From Catajapyx aquilonaris (lineage: Eukaryota), in NCBI GenBank assembly GCA_000934665.2, contig KZ537988.1:1-64000 (forward strand): a stretch of 64,000 bases of DNA, in the 5' to 3' direction. Every line of letters starts with the position of its first letter. Positions within the stretch are counted from its first letter, which is position 1. The translations under genes and the position numbers were made by a program. Of this stretch, positions 1 to 11,000 are shown piece by piece. The notes under the pieces were generated by a model. That model did no database searches, was not told where the DNA came from, and saw only the letters and a program-made list of their open reading frames with translations.

Positions 1-761
1 CCCCCATTTTGCTGGCATCTCCATCTGGAAGGCCGTATAGCCTAAAATTGCAGGCGGCAGTAGCAGCAGGAGGCGCCGCCATTGGCTGGCTGGCAGGAAA
101 TAATGGAGCCCGAGTGCAGTATTAGAGGAATCAGGAAACTGGATCTCCCCCGCCATTCCGAAAGCTTCTGCTCGTCTTCCAACACTTTCTGCACTCGGGA
201 AACTTTGCCAAATTTATGGGCCGGTCCGGAGATTATCTTGCCTTTAATGCTGCCGGTTATTCGTCCCCGGGGTTTTCTTAACATTACCACAAAGAAATCT
301 GCACTTCCCCCGCCCCGATATTGAGTTGAAGGATGGCACCCGAGCTGATTGCACCAAGCAGCCGAAGGGACTTCCTCACAATGACTACCCATTACGCCCC
401 CAACATTATAAAAATGCATATTAATTTCTCGCCTCATTGCCCTATTCTACTACACCCCCACTTCTCCTCCCTCCCCCTCTCTTCCCTCTTCCCTTCCAAC
501 CTCTAGCCCCAACTCTCCTCTCGCGCCTTATGTCCCATTAGCTCATGTGAAAACGAAAGCCTATTTCACACTCGGCTTAGTTTCGCCTGAGTTTCACTTG
601 CTCACTATCATTTCACCCCCGAGAGCCATAAAGGAATGTTACATGAAGCTGTAATTCCTTCTGATGAGCTGCAAAAATGCATCCCCGGGGGTAATCGCTA
701 AGTTCGCCCAACCTCCCACTCCCACCTTTCCCCTCCCATCCTCCCCCTTACCACCTCTCTC

Positions 762-805
762 CCCTGCCTGCCCTGCCTGCCCTGCCTGCCTGCCTGCCTG
801 CCTGC
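762..805 (+). repeat. Compound microsatellite (CCCTGCCTG)3 grading into (CCTG)n
   Basis: Directly visible: ccctgcctg ccctgcctg ccctgcctg cctg cctg cctg cctgc. Confidence 0.9.
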
Positions 806-1593
806 AAAAGGAGGTACATTGTAGAGGAGGCCCTCTCTCTCTGTGGACCCACTAATCGCACTCCGGGGACAGCAACGGTCACCCGGAGCCCCAAACACCT
901 AATGGATCACGTCCGAAGAGGCCCACATACGCCATGTTCCACGGAATTAAAATGGATGAAGTCAGCTTCCATTATGGAGCCTTCTGTTTATCCTTCACTC
1001 GACTCGAGGCACCCAAACCCTGCATCTTGCGCAATATCTGACGTCAATTCCGCCGCAGTGTGCCGGGTGGTCAGCAACACTTACGAGGAGTTGTGGAGGG
1101 TTGTAACCATTCTGGACCCGGTTCGGTCAACTTCATATATCCCATTGCCTAACTTCCAGGATGGGCGTTTCCATCTCAGACTAACAGAGTTGGTACACCA
1201 AGCCGCCATTAATGGTCCGGACACTGGTTGCAAGATTTCCTGGATACAGGCTAACCATGGTGGACATCCGATTCGCTCACATGGAACGAGTTTGACTGCT
1301 GTCCATCTGTCCGTCGCAACAACCTCCGGAAACAAAACCAGCCAATTATTTTTTTTTTACCCCCCTCCATCCTCTCTGAAAACCCCCGGATATGAATCGG
1401 GGCGTAGTGAAACCCTTCGGCACACCCCACCCCCTCACCCATTCACCCCCACCACGCAAAACCCAACCCGAGACCCAGAGAGGGATCCGATGAAACTGCA
1501 ATCTAATCTGAGACTGGCTGCACAAGGCATCAAATTACTTTCCAAGGGTTGCTGGATGCACAGTAAAACAGGCTGACGGGAAATTGGGCAGTA

Positions 1594-1625
1594 GGGGTGT
1601 GGGGGTGGGGGTGGGAGGGGGTGGG
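1594..1625 (+). repeat. G-rich low-complexity tract with G-quadruplex potential
   Basis: GGGGTGTGGGGGTGGGGGTGGGAGGGGGTGGG: six G-runs of 3 or more with 1-3 nt loops. Confidence 0.7.
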
Positions 1626-1880
1626 AGAGTTTGAAGGCAGCAGATGCTACCAAAACCACCGCTTCTGATTGGCTCTCAATACGCCATGGCCGCATCCATG
1701 CGCCCCCGTGTTCTACGCCAGAATGGTGTCCAACTAAGCTTAAATTTCCTCCCGGGTCTCGGACAATAACTTCAAAAGGCCGGTGACATGTAATCGGTCG
1801 TCATTCGCGGATCCATGAACCAATCATGTCGATTGACTGGAGAGATGTCAAATTCGCTGACTGGATAGCACTTTGCCTAC

Positions 1881-1955
1881 CTTACATCCCCAAGCACCAC
1901 TGGCTCTATGCAGATATAGCGAGCGCTTACCTGTAAAGGAAGAAACAATAGGTTT
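1881..1955 (-). other. Candidate recursive splice site (ratchet point) at junction 1931/1930 with a 45-50 nt cryptic RS-exon
   Basis: Minus strand reads CCTATTGTTTCTTCCTTTACAG|GTAAGC, a 3' splice site abutting a consensus 5' splice site. Downstream donors are GAT|GTAAGG (GT at 1885, 45-nt exon) and AAG|GTAGGC (GT at 1880, 50-nt exon). Confidence 0.65.
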
Positions 1956-4900
1956 TAAAAACATGTACAAACACCGGGTAACGACCTATAAATTATGACT
2001 TCATAACAAAATGAGCCGTAATGAAAAGTGTATCCAACTAATTTGCAACCATCAACAGCATAAATTGCCCTGCAAATATTTGCTCCAAAATCAATTTGCG
2101 CCGTTAAGTACCTTTTAATTGCGCAAGCTACATTTATATCCCCTGCATATCTACGCTGGAGGCTTCTCCATAACCCTTCCTCGCATAATTCTATTCCCAG
2201 CCATCGGCAAGCGCAATAATAACAACTTTTCTCTTCGCAAAAAAAAGTCCCGGACCATTATCTTTGCCGAGAGTGCCAATGAGGAACATGCGAATCCCCT
2301 CCCCCCCCCCCCCTCAAAAAAAGGGGAAATGTTCGTCTGTCGGTGCATGCAGTCAAAAGCGAGAGAGACCCCCCCTTTTCCATGGCACAAACAACTTTTA
2401 TTCCTCCTCTTCCCCCATCTTAGACCCGGGCGAAATGAAGAAAGAGACTCCCGGAGCCCCGGAAAAATGGTCACGGTTGTGAAGAGAGGCTTGGGAAATG
2501 GACTATTACTGATAGCATAAACCTGGCAACAGATACTCCACGGGCTAGTAAAGGGTCCCGTTTACGGTCGCTACATGGCAATAAAGACAAGGGCAAATTG
2601 TCATAAAATTAATAGGAAAATTGTCCGGGTCGAGATTTACGGGCGACATGGCCGTAGTCAAAAAGTGACGGCGGGGCTGACAACCTTCCGGACTTGCCAC
2701 ACCCTTTTTTGGGGAGAGGGGCGTTGCATTTTCTTGCTTCCTCTTCCGTCTATCTGCAGGCTACAAAATAGCAGTTTGTACTCGCACGAGATGCTTGCAC
2801 GATATACTGGCTCCCCGGAATAGGAATGTTGTTTAACAGTGGTCAAAGTTGTTCAGGACCAAATGCGTGAATTCTATAAATTCTTTCCAAGAGCAGAAAC
2901 AATATAAGGGTAAAATTTGTCGCATATCTGCATATGGCAAATCATTTTTACATACAGACTAAGAACAACGGAATTGGAACTTGTGTCACAATGTCAACGA
3001 TAACACTATAACAATCCTGCACTTTAAAGTAGTGACGTCAGTACCTATGTTACATGGTCGTGCCTGCATGTATAATACTGTACATGACTAGTGACAGAAT
3101 CAGTCTGTTGGATGTCACCCGATGCAGGTGTGAACTCCAGGTGTCAGTGAGTCACGCATGAAGCTCTTTCATGGATGTGGAAATATTCAACGATCATATT
3201 GCAAAATACTGCATAAAATTATGTCGCTGTTATTATTGTTGTCGTTATGACCCTCCCACAAACAAAACTGTAATCAACTTCAGCTGCTATATCCTAATTC
3301 CCACAACAAATGTAAACATTTAACTGAAATATCAAATTATCCATTGATTATATATTTATTCGCAAAATTCTGCTGATGCTATAACACACTCGTGAATGAT
3401 TAAACGGATTACAACACATTTGACGATCATTTGGCAATACAAGCATGCTTCTCTTCAAAGCTTCCCTTATCAATGTGTACCGTATGCCCTGCGAGTGTTA
3501 GGCCTATAAGGAGTTTCATATTATAAATACTTCCATTATTGCTAATTATCTGCCAACAACAAGACATGATCCGAGTGGAGAATGACCAAATGTCGGGGTG
3601 TCGCGCTTCACACCCTCGCTTGTCACTTCATCCTGACAGATAGGCAAATTCTATTGGGTCGCATACCCGCCAGGATGAACGACAAAGTTGACTTCCTAGA
3701 ACCGAGTAGCCAATCGGACGACTCCTCCTTCCCCTCCCGCTGCTCGTTATGAATTTTAAAAAAGCGGTGCAAACGCATGTGGTCCCACAGTTGGCACGAG
3801 GATTGCCCCCTTTTTTAATGGTTGGTGCGGTGAGGGGGGGTGGGAAGGCTTGCAAAGTGACCCCAGGCAGAAATGATCACCAAACCCCATCTTAATGGCT
3901 GCCTCCTGCCCTTTTCCGAATAAACTGCGGCACATTAGAAGCGCGCTGAATTAACTGCGCTTTCCTCCACTGGGACACGTCGCAGCGGCAATGAAGATAA
4001 AAACCATCAAGCCTCGGCAACCGGATCATTACGATTATGTTTATGATTCCTGCTGGTGTGCGACAGGTGGAGCCCTGGCAGCACACCATTGCAGTTTCGC
4101 CCACTCTCCCCATTCCGGCAAAGATGGCGTTACCGGCCACCCGTATAAACTCGGCTTCATTAATTAGTGCGATGCAATCGCCCAATCAGGACCAGAGTGT
4201 GCTAATGCACTGTCATATCTCACGCTCTTACAATAAGCAAGCTAATAGTTAAACCAATTTCCATCCTGTTCCAGAGTTACAAATAAACAGTACAAATCCA
4301 CCTTTATGTCTCTTCCAACAATGCTCACAGGTGCCTAAAATGACCGGTTTCAAATAAATAATATTGCAAGTAACACTTTACGTACAGTAATTCAGAGCGT
4401 ATCTTATGGTTTGTTTGATCCACTACTTATTCGTGTAATTTTATTGCCAGAAGTTCTTAATTATTGAGATTAACTTCAAAACACTTGAACATGTCGCCAC
4501 GATTAGGAGAGGGGGACCTTTCAAATCACTGACATGGCTAATTGGTTTATTGTTATTAGGTTAAGTTTTCTCCTCGATTCCGAGTACAATTATTAACCGC
4601 GGAACATTACTTTGTGTCTAGCTGTCAACCCAAGCAATTTTTGTCAAAAACATATATATGTCTCAGTATGGGAAGGTTATTTTGCTGGTATCGAGGCCTT
4701 GCTGGATGTGCAATGTATTAAATTTCGGAAACCTTACCTTGAACAACACATTTGCATTGTTTTGTAAATACGCGAATCCTGTGTTCATCAGTTTGAGCAA
4801 AAAACGTACACAAATAGAAGAAAGTTATTAAATGAGCTGAAAAAGAAATATCGCCAAAGCATTGGGTGCAATTTAAGCGGAAAAACAATATTTAAAGGCC

Positions 4901-5008
4901 ACTCAGAATTATTTGAGGGGTATTTTTAATCTGCCAGCACAAATTTATCGGCAGTGAATAATGCCAGCGAATTAACCAACATTCACATCATTAGTCCTTG
5001 TAATGTCG

Positions 5009-5030
5009 CTTTTTTCACATGTGAAAAAAG
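5009..5030. repeat. 22-bp perfect palindrome CTTTTTTCACATGTGAAAAAAG
   Basis: Self-reverse-complementary, centred on the E-box CACATGTG, inside the AT-rich block of about 4250-5700. Confidence 0.85.
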
Positions 5031-8000
5031 AGACACCGACAAATATGGACATGAGTCACATGACATTTCCCGCATTCTAGGGCGGTTCAAGGACTGACCT
5101 TAAATGTCAGAATGTAAAAGAACAGAGTGATTTTTAAAACGTGAAATGCCAATTGATGTTGGACAGGAGGGTGCATTATATAGTCATGAAAAAAGGGCTG
5201 ATCATTTATTTACTGTTGAGCCATAGCTCTTTCAAAGGTGATGGTTATTTTAAAATAAAAACTCTACAAAACATTTCGAAACTTTTCTCATTTTGAAATT
5301 CTAAATTAACTCCATTCCTGCAGAACCAGAATTTCTACAAGTTGGCTCAGTGACTCAATTCCTGGAAATTTTCTTCTTCTTCATATGAGTCAACAGTTTT
5401 TAATATTAGAAAAACATCGTATTCCTTGAATGTATTATTTTGTTACCTGGGGAAAAATTCAACTCCAAACTTGCAGTACTTGTTTCATGTGTGGCAACAC
5501 GTGAAAACCTCTCAAATAAATTAACTTAACATCAAGCGAGCACAATGCCCGTTTTGATGATCCTCACGTGAAATGTTATTATAATTTAAAAAGTATCATC
5601 CTTATGATTTTTATCCGAAAATTAACAGCTGCCAATCCTAGCGTCAATCAGCGACTACAAAAATTTCAGCAAAAATTCACCCCAGTTGGTCACAACCCCG
5701 CGCACCCCTGACACCCTGTTATTCATTACCAGTTATTAACATCAACAATACGTCGACTTTGACGTCGCCAGAGTCTACCAGAGTGCGCCTCTCCATTACT
5801 GGCGCCACAGTAAATTGTACATTTCTCTGAGACATGGCCCCCTATTTTTGGGAGGGTAGAACGGAGGACAGTTGGTATGGAGAAAGGGTGGGTGGGTTGG
5901 GGGGGTCGAAATAGCACAGCGGCGATGTGCCCTATTGGGTCGTTTGGCAGGCTGCATGCGACCTCTTTTTTCTCTCTATTTCTCTCTTTCTTTACCATCC
6001 CCCCTTTTCCTATCCAGAGGCGGAGAAAAGAGGCGAGAGAGATGCCTTCCTGTTGGTCCCCAAAGCCCTTCCCTGTCCATTTCCCGAGCTGGGGCGCCAT
6101 CCTCCCGTCCCCAAGTCCCAAACTGAAAAAATCGAAAATTGGATCCCTGTTTCTTCATTTTATTCCCGTTTCAATTCCATTCCTCTTCCGGAGGGGGGGT
6201 CGGGGGAGAGAGTGAGGCAAGAGGAGGTGGGGGCTGCAAAAGTAGGGGCTGTGTTATGGTAGGGGGGGTTCCATGGCGCGAAAGGGAGTTGGGTCGAGTC
6301 CCCAACGCGCCGTAACTATTTGACATGGCGGATGAAGACGTCACAGTATTAGTGGTTTACGGTCCGTGCGGGACCTTTCGGCTTCCGCAAGTCCGCACAC
6401 AGCCCCAGCATCCTATTACCCAAGTTCATCGGCGCACAAATCAAGTAGGCAGCAGGCCCCCCCTCTCTACCTTACCACCTTTTTCAGCCGACCTCCCCTT
6501 TACTAGAGCCATTCCCCATCCCAACGGAGACACCGGGGCCTTCGCTACTTACACCTTCCGAGCCCGTGGGAAATGCCCTCCGGTATCGATACACTCCCCA
6601 ACTTTTCGGGGGTCCTGCAGCATACCGGTACATGCTTTAAGTTTAAATGAATCGATTTGCTGCTCATGATGTTCTGGTCAATTAATGGGAATGAGCTGCC
6701 ATATTGCGCGTGTGGAGAATTTTCCCCTCTGTAATTATGTTACGATAATATTAATAAACCGATTCGGAATGATTACGCAAACACGACCCGGTATTATACA
6801 CAATATTGGTGCAAGCGTGTATAGCGAAATTCAGAGCCCTTTCCAAACTTCTAATCTCCTGGCAATAATTATCAATTATGCAAAGCACATTGTCAGCTGG
6901 AGTAAAAATAACAGGCCATTGAGGGACTATGAACGCAAAACTTGTTAAAATCGTCGAGAGATGGTTGACTTTTCCCACGGTTTCGCTGGTAAAACCGGTT
7001 GCTAGGCGTGGTTGGAGGCCGGGGGGGACCGCAGACTGCCATTTTCGGGCTGACAATGAGAAATGACGCAAGCACGAAAATTATCCCCACGTGCGACTAG
7101 TGCATCTGGAAATAATTCAATACCCCCTCTATTGTGTAATGGATTGCGGCCTGCATACTCTACCCTCTTTCACAACCCTCTAGCCTCGAGTTGACTCCAG
7201 CCAAGTGCACAATTCAGACCCGCTGCGGACAGAGTGCACCACGCACCTCTCAAAAAGCGGTTAAAAAAAAAAGAAATGCGAAAAAAAAGCAACAGGTTCC
7301 ATGGGAGGCTTACTTAGCCCCAACCTGTCCTTCCCTTTCTCCCGCACCAAGCTCATCATCTCATTTCATTAGCGGCAAGGCCCGATCTTCTTCCAATTCT
7401 TTACTGTCAGCCACCGACTAAGAAATATCTCCCCAATGACAACGATTAATGAGGAAAAGCATATCCAGGAAGGGCCTCGGGTTACAAACACGCCGGCTAC
7501 ATTACTCGCCTTATGTCCCAGCCATCTTCGCCTTTCTGACCTATCTCAACGAGGCTTTCAAGTTCTACGATTCTTGTCTAACCACTAGGAATACTGTCCA
7601 GAGGCTCCACCACGAAAAAGCACCCTTCACACTTCATAAGGAGCAGAAGCTGAGATGCACTATTTTTCCAGTTGCTTATTCAGATAGTTATGGTCATTGC
7701 ACCAACGCCCTCCATATATTCCTTCCCTGAAGAAAAAAAGAAAGAAAAAATGTGTTGCACCGTAACAGATATGGATGATTACCAAGTTCCCAGCCTGAAA
7801 CACCTAACGTTGCACACCTGCTCGCATACATTCACACAGTCATAAAACTCTCATCGGGAGACTAATTCCAATGGCCGACATGGGAGTAAAAGACGCGTGC
7901 ATTTGATGCTCGGTCTTAAGGCAGCTCTTCTTTATTTGCGTCAGAGGCGGATGAATTAACAACGTCGCCCATTCCAAGCCCGACTCTAATGAGAAGTGGA

Positions 8001-11000
8001 GCAGGCATGCGACTTCTACAATGTCTTCTTGCCAGACGTCTTCAGGTGAGAGAAGGTGTCGGTGGGAGGAAACGCAGTGGGGGAGGATAGTTTTCTTCTT
8101 CCTTCGGGGCCCGGGGCCGGCCTTCAAACGGCTGGCTTTTGGCCGGTGCCAGCGTCACACTGGCCCGTGAATAATTCATAAAGCCCGCGCCTAATCCAAG
8201 AAGGAGTTGGTGCCTTCAAATGAATTTTAATTGGCCCCGTAACGCAAAGCGGATTCCCTGCAGGAAAGTGGGGGATTATGCTAATGTATTGGAGTCATTA
8301 GCCGGCGATATTAAAGGATAATATAGCATTTATCTTGGTCGGAATATTGCGGGGCAAGAGACGCGTGACTTGTTCCCAGGCGTCCCTCCAGAGTGCGCGC
8401 TAAGGAGGCAAGATGGCGGACAGTTGTGAAAGGCGGGATTCCTGGAATGTCCGTCCGCTTGCTGGAGAATCCAAAAGTCCTCAACATCCGAAATAAGAGG
8501 CGGGGGGAGGGGCGGGGGAGTTTGAATTCCTGGTGGAGGGGACGCCTCCCAAGTTAGAATGAGTAATGACCGCGGCTGGCGGCAAGTCGCATTCTGGAAA
8601 TCCTTGCATTAATTAAGAGCGTAAGTGGGCAGCCCAATTCCGGGCCGGGCGAAACCTTTCCGCTGCACTTTGTCCACCTCCCTGTCCTGCCCCTTGGCAA
8701 TTAGGGAAAGCATTCGCTGTAATTACGAGGCTCGCAGCCTCCTTCAGCACCGCCTATTAAACCACCGGGAGACACGCTAACTTATCTGGCCGGCCTGGCT
8801 ATCACAACGGCCTGCTCCCGACGCTATATTATCTAAAGGGACCTTGCAAGCAACCCCATCTGCAAGTGATAAGGACTCGGCTGCACACGCAGGGAGGAGG
8901 AGGAGAAGAAGATGCCGCTGCTAAAACGCACTATCTTTTCATCCCGAGGCCGCCACCCGTGCCGCCCCGCTTGCTCCCAAATGACTCCTTCCGACAGCCT
9001 GGGCACCACTGTCCGTTCGACATGGATGACGTCGCCAAGTGGCACAATCGCAAACGGTGCCAGCCGGTTAATTAAACTACTTTTATTAGGAGCGAACCCG
9101 TTCCTTCTATCAGCCATCAGCATGAATTTTACGACCTCACTTCACACCTGGTAATTTACCATTTGCATTGCCACTCAATTATAAAATTGCGCTTTAATCC
9201 GCAATACAGGACTGTATATCTTCAACCCAGAAAACCCTGCTCCTCGAGCATGAGGTGGGTAATAATGTGTCATTAGGCTCATTGAGAGCTGCACATGCAA
9301 GGGGGCATGATAATGGCATGTTTGCCTTTCGTCCTGGAGGCCTGCGTGAAGCCGCCTCATTAGTTTTTGCATCAATGAGCCCCTGCTTTGTAATGATAGG
9401 CAGGTCTGAAGCGCCATGGGCTTCCTTCCTCCTTCGACACAATGGAACAAATAAACAAGCGCCTCCATTGCATGCGACTACAGGCCTTACCCGTCGGTTC
9501 CGGGAATGCAAGTGGCCGCCACTATACCCACCAACTTGCCAATCTTGAGTAAGAAATCAACCTAGCAATCGACGCACGCCAATTTTTCTCCTGCCCCGCA
9601 ACCGCTATAAAACGAAACTCATTTCCTGTCCCCCCTCTCAACATACACCCAAATTACAAGTGAAGACACGATACATAAAAAAAAAACGTGGGGGGGCTTC
9701 CTCACTATCAAGAGCCAGGCAGTAAAGCCTGGTGAATAGTTAACGAGCTGCTTGTTAGTGCCATCAAAACGGGTAAATCAAGGATCGGGGGGGCTTTGAT
9801 TTAAACTTAAATGAGTCCGCTGAATTTTTAATTAGGTTTCTCCTGGAGCAGGGGAACCTGTTTTTTCCCTCCCATTCCCTAACACCCCTACGCCCGGCTT
9901 ATGATGAGCCTCTAATCAACGGTGGTACGGGTTTCATTTTCTGCCTCCTCGCAGCGGATTCCCATAATGCAATGCTCGTTTGTCCTCGACGTGAAAGCAC
10001 GTCCATCTGGCAGCTTCGAGTTTTCATACGTTCAGGCTTCAACACCGCCACACCCGCTCACTTAAAATTTTTCCCCAAAAAAATGGCCAGTATCGACAAT
10101 CGCGCCCCGGTAAATTCATACTGCGATCTACAATACAATGGACAAACAGCATTTTGAAGTTTATTTCATTCTCAGTGCGCCCTCGGACCTGAGGGGGAAA
10201 AAAGGGCCACCTTTTCCTTGTAGCAGAGCCTCCTCTCTTCTCCTCCTCGTTTTGCCACCGCTGTCTCCTGAAGCGAATAGAGCTGTGCATTATTTAGCGG
10301 TGGCGGGTCCTCGCCCCTGCATGAAATGTCACCGAAGGGGCTTGCTCCGCGTTAAAGATTGATGGCCCAGAACCCCCTCAGCAACGCTTCCCCGAGGCGG
10401 CCACGGGGAACACTGCAACACTTGGATCTATCTCTATGTGCCTCGTGTCTTCCACATTGTTCCATTTGGACGCCCGTCCTCGCCCTCACTCCCCCACCTC
10501 GTACCACCACCCCCAACACATCGATTCTAGGGACGTATAGCGCCCCTCGCCCAATTATACCAGCCGCTTTCACACACCAGGTCGCTATCAAATTTGTTGG
10601 AATTGAATTTAAAGATTAAACGCGTGATGTGAAGTGAGTTTACAAGGTGCTGAAATAATATATAAAATTACCTGGAAGCATGGCCCTCCAGTTCAAGAAA
10701 CCATGCTTAATTTCTGTAGCGCAACGGTAGAGTAAGCTGAACCAGAATTGAAACAACCTGGATAATGAAAAATAGTGCAGGATAATTTCTGAACAATCAA
10801 ATTATCCTGCTGAAACAATGTTTTTAATGTGAAATGCAATTGCAAGAATTCGTATATTTTACTCCTAAAATTATTTGGCAGTGGGGAAATTGGCTTAAAT
10901 CCACTGCAATTAGCATGCTCCAATACGCGTATAATCCCATGTATATTTATTTTTGGAACAAAATCCTCCGGATTTGGTTGCATGATCCAGGCGAATTGGC

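Noticed and set aside
661..700. CTGATGA hammerhead-ribozyme-like cores (also near 30937, 40163 and 60271)
   Set aside because: No stem II followed by GAAA and no flanking helices.
902..1576. Longest ORF (224 aa), and the other long ORFs 14710-15333, 48891-49448 and 59341-59895
   Set aside because: No recognisable domain. They run through homopolymer and low-complexity tracts, and their lengths are compatible with chance at this GC content.
6325..6400. ORF start MADEDVTVLVVYGPCG resembles the actin N-terminus (MxDEDVAALVVDNGSG)
   Set aside because: The invariant [22 protein letters not shown] is absent and similarity ends after about 11 residues. Most likely chance; TBLASTN with actin would settle it.
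8406..8427. AGGCAAGATGGCGG resembles the miR-31 5' end; 20719-20730 resembles part of miR-153 in antisense
   Set aside because: The remainder of each mature sequence does not match and no precursor hairpin is evident. The first is better explained as a YY1 motif (CAAGATGGCGG).
10714..10765. tRNA/SINE-like A-box TAGCGCAACGG (10717-10727)
   Set aside because: No B-box (GTTCRANNC) at the expected distance and no cloverleaf; at best a heavily decayed SINE head.
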